Shown here: one piece after another, positions 19,391 to 30,630 of the stretch
Layout: each line of letters begins with the position of its first letter
How positions within the stretch are numbered: the stretch's first letter is position 1
Made by a program: the position numbers and the translations under genes
Notes under the pieces: model-generated
Database searches by the model: none
Told to the model about the DNA's origin: nothing
The model's input: only the letters and a program-made list of their open reading frames with translations
Source: Longimicrobiales bacterium
Lineage (GTDB): Bacteria; Gemmatimonadota; Gemmatimonadetes; Longimicrobiales; Gaopeijiaceae
Direction of reading: 5' to 3'
DNA: 64,000 nucleotides
Assembly (NCBI GenBank): GCA_965218295.1
Contig: CBDCKN010000012.1
Location: 32,001-96,000 of the forward strand

Positions 19391-21538
19391 TCAACTGGCC
19401 CGGACCTTTCCCAACAGTTCTTCCAAGTACCGGTACGTGTCAATCTGGCTGCGCACGGAGGGGTTATCGTCGGCCGTCACGAACCGGTTGCTCTGGTCTC
19501 CGTCAAGGATGCGGGCCTTGGTGTTGTCGGCGAGCTGGAGCACCAGAACATGCCGAAGCTCGGCCCTGAGGTCGGGATCGTAGATGGGAAACGCCACCTC
19601 CACCCTTCGGTTCAGGTTCCGAGTCATCCAGTCGGCCGATGCCAGGTACAACGCCTCGGCCCCTCCCGCGTGGAAGAGGTACATCCGCGAGTGCTCCAGG
19701 AATCGGTCCAGGATGCTTCGGCCCTCTATGGTCTCGCTCAGCTCGTGTACCCCCGGCCGGAGGCAGCAGATGCCTCGTATCACGAGTTGAATCGGGACAC
19801 CGGCGGCGCTGGCTTCGTAGAGCCGGTCGATGATCCCGCGGTCCTGGAGGCTGTTCATCTTGGCTGTGATCCCAGAGGCCCGCCCCGCTCGGGCCGCCTC
19901 GATCTCGGCATCGATGAGCGAGTTGAAGCGGTCCCTGAGGTCGGAGGGGGCCACCAGCAAATGCTCGAAGGCCGGCTCGACCTCCTCTCCACCGAGGATG
20001 CGGAACACCCGGTACACCTCTTCGGTGAGCCTCTCGTCGGCGGTTAGCAGACCGTGATCGGCGTAGATCCGGGCCGTCTTCTCGTTGAAGTTGCCCGTGG
20101 CCAGGAAGGCGTAAAGCCTGCTCGCGTCGCCTTCGCGCCGACGGATGAGCGCGAGCTTGGCGTGCACCTTGATCCCCTTCCGGCCGTAGAGCGTGCGCAC
20201 GCCGGCCCGCTCCATCTGCTCGGCCCACTCCAGGTTCAGCTCTTCGTCGAAGCGGGCCTGCACCTCCACGAAGGCCGACACCTCCTTTCCGTTCCGGGCT
20301 GCCTCGATGAGGGCTTTGACGACGGCCGAGTCCTGTGCGACCCGATACAGCGAGATCCAGATGGCGTCCACGTCGGGGTCGCCGGCGGCCTCCTCGAGGA
20401 GGCGCACCACGTAGCCGTACGACTGGTAGGGAAAGTGGAGCAGCCGGTCCTTCTCCGAGACCACGTCGAAGAGATCCGGGGCGCCCTCGAGCGCCGGGTG
20501 TGCCAGGGGCTGGAGCGGGGGATCCTGGTGCTCGGGGGCCTCGCCCACAGGGAGCCCGAACAGGTCGTGCAGGTTGTGGTAACGCCCGCCCAGGATCAGG
20601 TCCTCTTCCTGGAGGCCGAGGCAGGCCTTCAGGCGGTTCACCATGACGTGAGGCGATCGCATGTCGTAGAGGAAGCGGATCGGGATCCCTGTATCGCGCT
20701 TCTTCAGGCTCTTCTTTATGGCCTGCTTGAGTCCGTGGTCGAACTCGTCGTCGAGGTAGAGGTCGGCGTCCCTGGAGACCTTGACCGCATACGCGCCCGC
20801 CGCGACCTGGCCGGGGAAGACGCGCGGAAGGTTATGCCGGATGACGTCGTCCAGGAATACGACGTAACGCCGGTCACCTGGGGCCGGGATGTCGATGAAC
20901 CGTGAGAGGGGCGGGCTGGGAACCTTCACCAGTCCCAACCTCGGCCCAGCGGACCCCACGGCGATGTCCTGGACCGGCTGGAGCTCCACCACCAGATAGA
21001 CCGTCTGATCCTTCAGGAACATCGGCTCTCCGACGTCCTCCAGATAGCTAGGCTCCAGGAGTGGCTCGACGTGCTCGATGAAGTAGTCCTCCAGAGTCGA
21101 GCGGTACTCATCGGGCACTGCGAGCTCATCGACGAGGTCGATCCCGGCCTCGCTCAGCCCCGGGAGGATCTGCTCGCGGAAGACGCGCCCGAATCGCTCC
21201 TGATGCGCAAGCGCGACCTCGGGGATCTCACGGAGCAGCCTGGTGGGATCCAAGCGGCGTTTCTTGCCCTTCTTCTTCTTGAGCGAAAGGAGGCTCCGGA
21301 GGGACGCCACACGCACTCGGAAGAACTCGTCCAGGTTGGACGAGAAGATGGCGAGGAACTTGAGGCGCTCGAAGAGAGGCACCGCCGGGCTTTCGGCCTC
21401 CTGAAGCACCCGTTCGTTGAAGGACAGCCAGCTCAGCCCCCGGTTGACGTAGCGCACCTCGGTGGAGGAGACGCCCAGCGCGGCCTCACTAGGATCCTCC
21501 TGCGCCTCGATGACGACAGGACTCGTGCTCTCAGCCAC
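19391..21538 (-). CDS. ppk1: Polyphosphate kinase 1
   Basis: NRGLSWLSFNERVL, SNLDEFFRVRVA, LLHFPY, ARFDEE, KVHAK, TGNFN, RFLEH and SADWMTRNL motifs. GTG 21538 taken as the likely start. Confidence 0.95.
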   Translation of the reverse strand: MAESTSPVVIEAQEDPSEAALGVSSTEVRYVNRGLSWLSFNERVLQEAESPAVPLFERLKFLAIFSSNLDEFFRVRVASLRSLLSLKKKKGKKRRLDPTRLLREIPEVALAHQERFGRVFREQILPGLSEAGIDLVDELAVPDEYRSTLEDYFIEHVEPLLEPSYLEDVGEPMFLKDQTVYLVVELQPVQDIAVGSAGPRLGLVKVPSPPLSRFIDIPAPGDRRYVVFLDDVIRHNLPRVFPGQVAAGAYAVKVSRDADLYLDDEFDHGLKQAIKKSLKKRDTGIPIRFLYDMRSPHVMVNRLKACLGLQEEDLILGGRYHNLHDLFGLPVGEAPEHQDPPLQPLAHPALEGAPDLFDVVSEKDRLLHFPYQSYGYVVRLLEEAAGDPDVDAIWISLYRVAQDSAVVKALIEAARNGKEVSAFVEVQARFDEELNLEWAEQMERAGVRTLYGRKGIKVHAKLALIRRREGDASRLYAFLATGNFNEKTARIYADHGLLTADERLTEEVYRVFRILGGEEVEPAFEHLLVAPSDLRDRFNSLIDAEIEAARAGRASGITAKMNSLQDRGIIDRLYEASAAGVPIQLVIRGICCLRPGVHELSETIEGRSILDRFLEHSRMYLFHAGGAEALYLASADWMTRNLNRRVEVAFPIYDPDLRAELRHVLVLQLADNTKARILDGDQSNRFVTADDNPSVRSQIDTYRYLEELLGKVRAS

Positions 21539-21540
21539 GG

Positions 21541-24231
21541 TCAGAATGAGAAGCCGAGGCCGACGAGCAGTCTCGTCGAGTCGTCGGAGTCCGCAAAGGT
21601 CACCGAGATCAACGGTGTGTGCTGCCTGAGGAAGGAGAACCAGAGACCTCCACCGTACGCCCAATGCCACAGGTCCGAGTCCTCGCCCTCCAGGTACACC
21701 CGTCCCACGTCGGTCATGGCATGGACTCCGAACTGGCCCGGCAGGACACTGCTCAGCGCCCCCAGACGGAGCCGTAGCTCGCTCTTCGCGAAGATCATGG
21801 CGTCGCCGGCGTAACGGTCGTCGTGCGTGCCCCGGAAGGTCTCGGCCCCGCCCAGATAGGCGGCACTGAGGTAGGGATAGTCTCCCCACACCTTCTTACC
21901 CCCGACCTTGAGAGCGAGCACGGGAGACATGGGCATGGGCGCCTGGAGGAAGACCTCCACCGAACCGGCCAGCGTCCCGTAGTCCGACCTGAGCTCCGTG
22001 AACTCAGGGAAGTATGTGGCCTCGATCTCGATCCGGGCGCCTCTCGTCGGGAACCAGTCGTGGTCTCGGCCATCCCACTCCATCCCCGTCTTGATTCCGA
22101 ACTGGAAGAGGTCGGAGAAGCCGTAGGGGTTCTCCTGGGCGATGAGGCGTCCCCTGTTCTTCGACTGCGAGTGCAGATCCAGCTCGAACAACGCGCCGCT
22201 GGTGATGACGAAGTCGTCGCCGGACATCCACTGAAGCTCCGACTCCAGCGTCAAGATCTGGCGATCGACCCGGAAGAAGTCGAGCCCGAAATCCGACCTC
22301 GTCGTCTCGTTCCCGAAGCCGAAAAAGCGGTAGCGGTCGGCCCCTGGTACCGAGCCCTCACCTCCCCCCTGAGACGACCCAGGGGGAAGTTCGTCCGGAG
22401 CTCGAGGAGCGGGAGCTGGGTTGCCGTCCCGATTCCCGCAGTGAATCCAAAGGCGGTGCGGTACGGGTAGTGACGGAAGCCGAACCCGTGCCGGGTGGCG
22501 CCCATCTGGACGTAGGCGCCCTTCCTTCCGCCGACCTCGAAGATGGGGAAGTAGGCCCAGACATGACCCCAATCCTGCGGGCGAGCCCCATAGCTCTCGA
22601 CCACGTCGGGGGCCCGGTAGTCGTACTCGTGGACCTTAGTGTTGCGCCCCTTGGTGATCTCGTTGTTGCCGCGGTCGTCGTGGAAGTGCACGCGGCCCGA
22701 GCCGGTGGTCTCGTCGATGAGGACGTCGGCGCGGCCACCCCCGATGATGCGCACGGTCACCCGGCCCGACGCGTCTCCTCGTACGACGGCCCGATCCTGC
22801 TCTCCCAGCAGGTAGACGCGAACGTCGTCGGTCTCCGAGCCGAGGAAGGTGCGGTCGTACCGGGCCTCGCCCCTGGGCTCCTCCTCGCTGTTCTTCTCCC
22901 AGAGCCGAACCCTTACCCGGTCACCCTCCAGCCATTCGACCAGGGCGTACTCCTCCTCGTCGGTCCCGAAAACGTCCACGTTCCGGGCCAGGAGGTCGTA
23001 GAAGTCCCGGGCCTGGACCATGAGGTTGTCACGCCGCAGGGTGAGGGCCCGCGTCATGAAGTCTCCGACCCGATCGTAGTAGGCCGGTGGGAGTCGCCCC
23101 ACGGCGTCCCGGATGACCGCGTCGCTCAAACGGCGCTGGAGGTCTGAGGCGATGGCTTCCCAGGTGCTCCACTCGAGACCGGTGAGGAACTGCCGGTCCA
23201 GCGCCCGGCCCGACCACGTGATCGCCAGGGCCGAAGGGTACTCCTCCTCGAAGCCCACCAGGTGCGGAGCGACGCCGGGGGCGACACTCCGGAACCAGCG
23301 CAGTATAAGACCGTCCAGCTTGGTCAGGGCCCAGTCCCGGTCTCGCGGGACCGGCCTGAAGACCAGGAAGTCACCATCATCGAACCCGGCCCACCGCCAC
23401 TGATCGGGATGCCTGTCCCAATCTCCCACGAACATGTCCATCAACCGGGCCCGCAGGAAATCCTCCGCGTCGACCCGGTCGTCCGGATCTTCTTCGAGGC
23501 GCTCGAAGAGCCGCTCCGAGCCGATGACCCGGGTGGAGCCAGCGAAGCCGGGCTCGCCGTCGGGCCCCTCGTCGGGCCGCTCTTCGATGAATCCCAGGAG
23601 TCCGGCGAACTCATCCTGGAACTCGCCGAGTCGGGGATCGTCGGGCATGACAACTAGCGTGGGATCGGGATGAAGGAGGTCTGCGGCCCCGAGGAGGGGG
23701 GCCACCACGATGGCCGCCATGGGAAAGATGGCCGAGATCTGGTCTTGCTGTGCCCAGGCCACGAAGGTCTCCCGCAACAGTGGGTCCACCCCGGGCCGCG
23801 TCCTTGTCGATGGAGCGGAAGTTGTAAAGGACGCCATCCTCTCCCCTCATCCTCAAAGACGACGTCTGCTTGCCGCCGCCCCGCCGCACCACGGTGAGCC
23901 CCCCGGCGTACTGGTCGAGGTCGAGCACCTGCGTCTTCACCTGGACCCGCCAGAGCTCCCGCCAGCCCCGACCCATCATGGCCGCGCGCAACGGATGCGC
24001 GTCGTAGCTCATCCGCGGTCCGGCGAGGACCGAGTCGCCCCCCTGGGGAGTCTGCGCCGACCCGACCGTCGGCGAAGCGAGGGCGGCCATGCAAAGCAGC
24101 CCGAGCCCCACCACCTCCCTCCGAAGCCCTTGCCCCGAAGGCGTCCAAGACCCATCGCGGCGACGGCGATGTCGCGCACACGAGGGCCGCGCGGGCTCCA
24201 CCCGGATGCGGGCCGACGGCGGATCGATCAT
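21541..24231 (-). CDS. Outer-membrane protein with a kinase-like passenger (GGGKQT...DWDRHPDQW) and BamA/TamA-type C-terminal barrel; two frameshifts (about 23790 and 22342)
   Basis: Three overlapping ORFs (23611-24360, 22251-23837, 21541-22572) join at G-runs. The barrel has an FRG...RY.G motif and ends in GLGFSF. Start uncertain. Confidence 0.75.
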
Positions 24232-24536
24232 GGATGGCTCCGTTGGTATGCGCAGAGAGAGGTCGGTGCCGGTCAAGTATTGACGCCCCATGTTGCACGG
24301 GGCAAGGCGTCCTCGATGTGTGCCCGCCCCAGGCTGATCTTCGTTCGATCCGGCGACCACCTCTCAGAAAGCACAGCCCATGCGCGTTGTCCCCAGGCCC
24401 ACATGATCTACCGGGTGAGTTACACGGGAAGCTGACGGGGCGACCCCATGAGCCCCCCTGGGATCCTGGGGAAGGAACCGCCATCTTGTCTCGTAGTGTA
24501 GGTTAGTCTATTCGAAGGATCCTCAACGAGACGCAC

Positions 24537-26129
24537 TTGGCCAGCATCGCCGTAGCAGAAGCCCAACCCGACGTCCTCAAGGCCCTTCGGTCCCTGGGGG
24601 GACGGGGCACGGTGGGAGACGTCGTATCCGATGCAGGACTCCCCCGCGACCAGGTGGAGGCCTCCCTCAAGGGCCTCCTGGAGACCCACCAGGGACACCT
24701 GGAGGTCTCGGAGTCGGGAGAGCTCGTCTACCTCTTCGACCGGAAGCTGATCCGGCGCGACCGCGTCTCGACGCTGGAGCGCATCAAGAAGGCGACCAAG
24801 ACGTTCCTCACCGGTGCGTTCAAGGCATGGATCGTCACCATGCTCGTCGTCTATTTCGTGGTGTTCGTGGCTCTGGTCATCGCGGCTCTCCTGGCGATGA
24901 TGTCGAGAGGCGGCGACCGAAGGAGCGGCGGAGGGATCCTTGGACGCGGTGCCGGGAGACATCATGGCCACTTCCACTTCCCGAGCTTCTGGCTGTGGTA
25001 CTACATCTGGACGCCGCGCTGGCGCTTGGGTCGGCCGTACTACGGCCACCGCTGGGAGAGGACGCTGGAGAAGGACAACCGTCCTCCCTTCTACAAGAAG
25101 GTCTTCGCGTTCGTTTTCGGCCCGGACCGGCCCGAGCCCACGCAACAGCAGCTCGACCGCTCGACGATAAGGCTGATCCGGGCGCGGAAGGGCGTTCTGA
25201 CCACGGCTGAGCTCATGGAGCACAACGCTCTCCCGCGTCCCGACGCCGAGGAGGAGATGGGGCGGCTGCTGGGATCGTACGCCGGTGAGCCCACCGTGTC
25301 CCGCGACGGAGAGCTGGTCTACACCTTCCCTGAGCTCATGGTAAGCGCTCACGGACCGGTGACGGCCAAGGAGCCCAATCCGGCCTGGCTGCGGCTGCAG
25401 TACCCGCTAGATCTGACGGGCAACGAGAAGAAGCACGACGCCATCATCATCGGCATGAACGGCTTCACCCTGTTGGCTGGGGCGACGGCGCCCTGGTTCA
25501 TCTTTCCGCAGCTCGGCATCAGCGGGACTGCCGCTTTCGTCGGACTCGTCCTGATACCGGTGGTGTTCAGCGTGCTCTTCTTCGGCGTGCCCCTCCTGCG
25601 CGTGATGGGAGTGCGCCGTGAGAACAAGGCACGGAAAGCCCGGAACGTGAGACGCCTGGTCCTGGGGATGGTCTATCGCGAGGCCCTGGCCGGGAGAGGG
25701 GCAGTGACGGTGGAGGGAGCCGTGGGCTACGTCCGCAACCGGCTGAAGGACCAGCCAGTGGATCATTCTGCGGTTGAAGCCGCGCTCCACGACCTGGCGG
25801 CCGAGCTGGACGCCGACGTGTCCTCCGCGGTCGATGGGGCGCTGGTCTTCACTTTCCCGGCGATCCGAGGGGAGTTCGTGGCCAGCGAGACGATCCGTCG
25901 GGAGCTGACGCTCGAGGACCGCGAGCTGGGCGACGTCGTCTACTCGAGCGCAGACACGCCACAGGAGGCCGCCGAGCGCGACATGGCCGACTTCGACCGC
26001 CAGCTCGCCGCCGCAGAAATGGACCTGAGCGCTTACCTTCCCTCCCCTGACCGCACGGGGTTCGAGGACGATTACGAGATCGTCGCGTTCGATGAGGAGT
26101 TGAGAGGCCGCGGCATCAACCAGGGCTAG
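24537..26129 (+). CDS. Conserved membrane protein resembling the cyanobacterial/plastid At5g03900-type family
   Basis: TVGDVV..AGL...GHLEVSESGELVYLF motif, repeated as 'GELVYTFPEL' and 'GALVFTFP'. Several TM helices. Confidence 0.6.
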   Translation: MASIAVAEAQPDVLKALRSLGGRGTVGDVVSDAGLPRDQVEASLKGLLETHQGHLEVSESGELVYLFDRKLIRRDRVSTLERIKKATKTFLTGAFKAWIVTMLVVYFVVFVALVIAALLAMMSRGGDRRSGGGILGRGAGRHHGHFHFPSFWLWYYIWTPRWRLGRPYYGHRWERTLEKDNRPPFYKKVFAFVFGPDRPEPTQQQLDRSTIRLIRARKGVLTTAELMEHNALPRPDAEEEMGRLLGSYAGEPTVSRDGELVYTFPELMVSAHGPVTAKEPNPAWLRLQYPLDLTGNEKKHDAIIIGMNGFTLLAGATAPWFIFPQLGISGTAAFVGLVLIPVVFSVLFFGVPLLRVMGVRRENKARKARNVRRLVLGMVYREALAGRGAVTVEGAVGYVRNRLKDQPVDHSAVEAALHDLAAELDADVSSAVDGALVFTFPAIRGEFVASETIRRELTLEDRELGDVVYSSADTPQEAAERDMADFDRQLAAAEMDLSAYLPSPDRTGFEDDYEIVAFDEELRGRGINQG

Positions 26130-26263
26130 TGTCAAGGCCGTCTACGAGATGGACTACGGCGCTGAGGCCAGTCGCCGTCGCTTGCGGCGGAGGACGGGGT
26201 CCCGCAGGTTGACGCTGACCCCCCACCGGCCGCCCATGCTAGTCCAAAGAGGAGATACGTTCC

Positions 26264-26779
26264 ATGATTCGATCACTCTTGTTTCTGTTGGCCGTGCTCC
26301 TCCTTCCGGCATGCACGGCCGAGGACGCAATCCGTAGCGCCAGGTCGGCGGCCCCGGCATCCATATCCGCCGAGGCTACCGTCATGGATTGGTCCTTCGA
26401 CGTGCTGCGTGAGGGCAGCAATGGCTGGACGTGCCTGCCCGATCGCCAGGACACGCCTGGAAACGACCCGTGGTGCATCACCGACGCGTGGATGAACTTC
26501 CTCAACGCATACGTCGGACAGACGGAGCCCACGTACGAGGACATCGGCTTCGCGTACATGCTCCGGGGCGACACACCGGTGAGCAATTCGGACCCCTACG
26601 CCACTGAAGCCACGGGACCGGAGGACTGGGTCACGGACCTCGGTGCCCACCTCATGATGCTGGTGCCCGACCTCGACCTGCTCGAGGGGATCTCCACCGA
26701 TCATCTGAATGGCGGGCCCTGGATCATGTGGCCAGACACTCCCTACGCACACATCATGATCCCCGTCGACGACAGGTAG
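26264..26779 (+). CDS. Hypothetical exported (lipo)protein
   Basis: GAGGAG RBS, lipobox LPAC, SARSAAP...GSNGWTC...PYAHIMIP. Confidence 0.75.
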   Translation: MIRSLLFLLAVLLLPACTAEDAIRSARSAAPASISAEATVMDWSFDVLREGSNGWTCLPDRQDTPGNDPWCITDAWMNFLNAYVGQTEPTYEDIGFAYMLRGDTPVSNSDPYATEATGPEDWVTDLGAHLMMLVPDLDLLEGISTDHLNGGPWIMWPDTPYAHIMIPVDDR

Positions 26780-27196
26780 CACGCCGAAGGACCGATACAA
26801 CTCCGGCCTCCAGAACCCCTGGCGAAGGCCTTCATGGCGTTGGCCGAGAAGGAGCTGGGGAACGAGGAGGAAGCGAGCCGTTGGGAGCAGGCCGTCATGA
26901 CGCACAACCAGCACAGCGCGTTCAACCTGGGTGTGGCCTTTGCCCGCCTGATCGTGTCCGACTAGGGCAGTTCGTCCTTCCTGGAGGGCATGAGGGCCCC
27001 GACCCCCCACGCGGGTCGGGGCCCTCCTCATGCATAGTAGCGGGACAGCCCCTTCGACCTGAGGACTTCCTGGTCCTTCGTCACGATCATAGCCTCGGCG
27101 TCTTCTGAGGCGGCCTCCCGGTTGCAGCCCGGATTCCGGGAGGGTATCGTCGGCGGTCCGTCCCTGCCACGGGCTCACTGATCCCTCGGAGCGATC

Positions 27197-28132
27197 TTGG
27201 ACCTCGTCCTCCTCATCCTCGCACTTCTGGCCCTCTGGCAGGGGACCGATTTCGCTATCGAAGGCGCCCTCCGGATCAGCGACCGCTTCGGCGTCTCACA
27301 GGGATTCATCGGGCTGACCGTTTTGGCCATCGGGACCGGGCTGCCCGAGCTCGTCGTGGGTGTCGTGGGCGGCATGGAGCAGCTGCGCGGGATCGAGGCG
27401 TCCGGGGTCGTCGTCGGCAACGTCACCGGCAGTGTCGTTGCGCAGGGCGCCCTGGTGCTCGGGTTGTCGGGTCTCTTCACCTACCTGCGCCTCGCTCCCC
27501 GCATGGTCCGCCGGGACGGGATCATCCTGCTACTTGCCATAGGACTCTTTACGCTGGTGAGCATCGACGGACGCATCATTCGCGCTGAGGGGGCGGTCCT
27601 CATCCTCGCGTATGCCATCTATCTGGTCGCTCTCGTCCAGTCCGAGCGAAACGGGGAGTACACCCCGAAGCCATCGCAGCGGCGGGCCATCGTCGACTTC
27701 GCCACCGTAGCCCTCGGCATGGCGACCGTCGTCGTCGCGGCGCACGTGGTGGTCACCCGGGCCGTCTCCATCGCCGAGGCCTGGAACGTCAGCCAGACCG
27801 TGATCGGCATCTTCCTCGTGGGGGCCGGCACCAGCCTGCCCGAGATGGCCGTCTCCGTCCGCGCCGCTTTGAAGGGGCAGGCCAGCATCTCGGTGGGAAA
27901 CGTGATCGGGAGCAACACCTTCGATCTGATGGTCCCGTTGGGCGCGAGCGCCGCGCTCTTTCCGCTCGCCGTCAACCGGGACTCGCTGGTAATCGACGTA
28001 CCCGTCATGGCGCTGGTCACCGTGGCGATGCTGATCTTCTTCCTCCGGAGGAAGGGTCTCCAGAGGGGCGAGGCGGCGTCACTCGTCCTCATGTACGTGG
28101 GCTACCTTGTCCTCCGGGTCTTCATCGTCTGA
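27197..28132 (+). CDS. Ca2+/Na+ antiporter (YrbG-like)
   Basis: Two repeats of G(T/G)xLPE...GNVxGS. About 10 TM helices. Confidence 0.88.
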   Translation: MDLVLLILALLALWQGTDFAIEGALRISDRFGVSQGFIGLTVLAIGTGLPELVVGVVGGMEQLRGIEASGVVVGNVTGSVVAQGALVLGLSGLFTYLRLAPRMVRRDGIILLLAIGLFTLVSIDGRIIRAEGAVLILAYAIYLVALVQSERNGEYTPKPSQRRAIVDFATVALGMATVVVAAHVVVTRAVSIAEAWNVSQTVIGIFLVGAGTSLPEMAVSVRAALKGQASISVGNVIGSNTFDLMVPLGASAALFPLAVNRDSLVIDVPVMALVTVAMLIFFLRRKGLQRGEAASLVLMYVGYLVLRVFIV

Positions 28133-28164
28133 CCTGGGGGGGGATCGAAGCTAGGGCGTCCGGT

Positions 28165-28360
28165 TCAGACGTAGGCCGCGTCCACGTAATACCAGCGCCA
28201 GGTCTCGCCAGGCTCGGCGGACTGCATAACGGGATGTCCCGTGTCGTGGTGGTGGGCAGTGGCATGCTCTCCTGGTGACGAGTCGCAGCAGTCCACGTGC
28301 CCACGGCTCAGGCACATCCGCAGCTGCACCCAGCGGCCGCCGGAGCACAGGAGAGAGGGT
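28165..28360 (-). pseudogene. Degenerate UBP-type zinc-finger gene
   Basis: Manual translation gives GRWVQLRMCLSRGHVDCCDSSPGEHATAHHHDTGHPVMQSAEPGETWRWYYVD. N-terminus and some Cys residues lost. Confidence 0.65.
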
Positions 28361-28365
28361 CAGGG

Positions 28366-28403
28366 CCTCGTACGTATACTCACGATATAAAGATACGTAC
28401 GCC
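28366..28403. repeat. 38-bp palindromic element, copy 2
   Basis: Reverse complement is GGCGTACGTATCTTTATATCGTGAGTATACGTACGAGG. Confidence 0.8.
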
Positions 28404-28602
28404 ACTCCGAAGAGCCGCGGCTTTCCTCTACACCAGTGCGGAAACCGGGTTTACCGTCTCACTACGAAAAGGCACCGGCCACTCCCCAGGCTCATCAGAT
28501 GCTCCAGCGGTGGGGGGCGGTGCTCAAGGGCGCCGATTGCCACCGTGATTGTCACAGCGCTCGGACCCACGACCAGGCTCCAGTGCGAAGAAGTGACCGT
28601 GC

Positions 28603-28986
28603 TCAACTCTCAACGCCCAGGCAAACATCACTACTTGCTAGGCAGTCCACGAAGATGATGATTCCGATGACCAGGACGACCGCTACGACGATGAGCACAA
28701 CCTTGACCGGCGTGGAAAGTGGCGTTTCATCCACTCGGGGATTGAGCGCCACGGCGAGGCCCAGGTCCGGTGTGGGAAGGACCGCGTCCGCTGGGTTCGT
28801 CATGGGCAGAGCGAGAAAGTCGGGCACCGGCGACTGCTCTTGTGTCGCATCTGGTGTGACGGACTGTGCAGGTGGGAAGGCACGGCGGGCGGGAACGTCA
28901 TGCTGCTGAGGAGCTTGTGCGAGCACCTGAGTGGCAGGTGTCGCGACCATGATGACTGTGAGCACGAAGACTACAGCACCTCTCAT
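28603..28986 (-). CDS. Hypothetical protein with signal peptide and C-terminal TM helix
   Basis: AGGAGG RBS, hydrophobic N- and C-termini. Confidence 0.55.
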   Translation of the reverse strand: MRGAVVFVLTVIMVATPATQVLAQAPQQHDVPARRAFPPAQSVTPDATQEQSPVPDFLALPMTNPADAVLPTPDLGLAVALNPRVDETPLSTPVKVVLIVVAVVLVIGIIIFVDCLASSDVCLGVES

Positions 28987-28997
28987 GGTGGCCTCCT

Positions 28998-30193
28998 GAG
29001 GGAAGTGACGGCGAAGGTAGCGGTGCCGAAGTCCGAGATCGTAACGGTGTAGTCGCCGGCCCGCAGACCGGTGAACTCGAAGTCACCGTTCGTGTCCGAG
29101 CTGCCAGTGGCAGACACACCGGCCAGCATACCGGTACCGGCGACGGTCACCGTCGCCACGATCCCGGTGGTTCCGGCCGTGATGCGACCCCGGATGCTCG
29201 ACGTGCGGATGTAGTTACCGCCGAAGTCCGCGGTGACCGTTTGACGGTCACGCCGGGAAGCCCAGTGCCCTCGACGGAAACCCTACCACTCACGGTGCCG
29301 ACGATGGGGACAGACGCCTCGAGCGAGAGCTGATACGATTCGCTTTCACCTGGGTCGAAGCTCGTGGCCCAGATCAGGTAGTCCCCTGCCTCGAGCGTGA
29401 TGTTGATCTGCGAGTTCACCCCTCCGCCCCCGTCGTCGTCCGAGTCTAAAGTGACGATCATGTCGTCGGTGAGGATCAGGAACGCGTCGAACTCGCTGCT
29501 CGTCAGATTGATCTGCACGGCCGTGGAGGAGCCCAAAGAGAAGCTCCACACGTCGACGAACTCCCCGCTCGTGAGCGAGCAGTTACCGGATGCGAGGGTC
29601 CCGTCCACCGTCTGGTTCATGGAGATCGAACCGACGAGGCACGTGAGACCCTCGAAGTTGACCGTGGCCGACTGCCCGGCGGCTAGCGTGACGCTCTGGG
29701 ACGTTGTCGTAAACAAGTACAGGCCCTCGCTGAAGCCGCTGATCATCACGGTATAGGCGCCCGCCAATAACGATGTGAAAGAGAACTGGCCGTTGGCGTC
29801 GGTCATCGCCGTCGCCGGACTGGGTCCTGACAGCACGACCTCGACATTCGGGACGCTGAACCCTTCAGCGGTCACCGCACCCGAGATCGACGCGTTTGCG
29901 GCGGGCACGCACGTGAAGTGGGCGGTCGCCTGAAGTGCCGAACTTGAAATCGTGACCGACAGGCTGGTCGTGCCGCAGGTCACTTCTGAAGAGACGTTCC
30001 TGATTGTTACGGTGTAGGAGCCGACCGGAACGCCCGAGAACGAATAGTTCCCGCTCGCCCCCGTCGTGGTGGCGGAGCCGTTCGAGAGCGTCACCGTCAC
30101 ACTGGAGATACCCGTTCCACCGACCGTGACCCTACCGCTGATGGTTCCCGTGACCGGCGGCGGCGAAGCTGAGACCGCCAGTGGCGGAACCAC
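28998..30193 (-). pseudogene. Fragment of a surface protein with carboxypeptidase-regulatory-like repeats and a PPC-like domain
   Basis: Repeats of ISGRVT...TGASGNYSF..V..G.YTV, FDAFLIL...DDDGGGG. The frame breaks near 29245 and another repeat continues to about 28998. Confidence 0.65.
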
Positions 30194-30273
30194 GACGCGG
30201 AGGACGATGATGTGCCGGGGCCGGCAGCCGCAGATGTCACCGTGCCGCGTGTCACCAACACCTTCGGCGCTCC

Positions 30274-30309
30274 TAGGGCCTCATTCAAGCGGATAACTGG
30301 ATCGGACAT
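30274..30309 (-). pseudogene. 5' stub of a Ser/Thr kinase gene (MSDPVIRLNEAL)
   Basis: Near-identical to the stub at 35417. Confidence 0.55.
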
Positions 30310-30630
30310 GGCCGCACTCCGGGATCAGATGTGGTCAATGTCCTATGAGGGGGCCGGTAGGCGCAAGGAGAGCCCGTTCAGACGCCTGCAAACACGTCCT
30401 GAGCGTCTTCGGACTTCTTCGGGTTTCGTGCCCACGTGTGGCGCGGAGGCGACTGCGCAACGCCACGGCTTCAGTCTGCGGGTGGCGCGCCACCTCTGGT
30501 TTGCTTACGACGTTGAAGCAGGTAGCTCGCGAAAGAACCCAGTCCGCTGAACTTGTATTGGCCATCGACGTATTTCTCGATGACATAGAACGGAACCTGT
30601 CAACGCCAGTGAGACACTCTTGGAAATCAA

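Noticed and set aside
26834..26964. Short ORF MALAEKELG...FNLGVAFARL
   Set aside because: Looks like a TPR-type fragment without a convincing RBS; too weak to call.
28130..28150. Possible tRNA-like att site at the island's left edge (ggggggggatcgaag)
   Set aside because: Similarity to the tRNA-Lys 3' end is too low.
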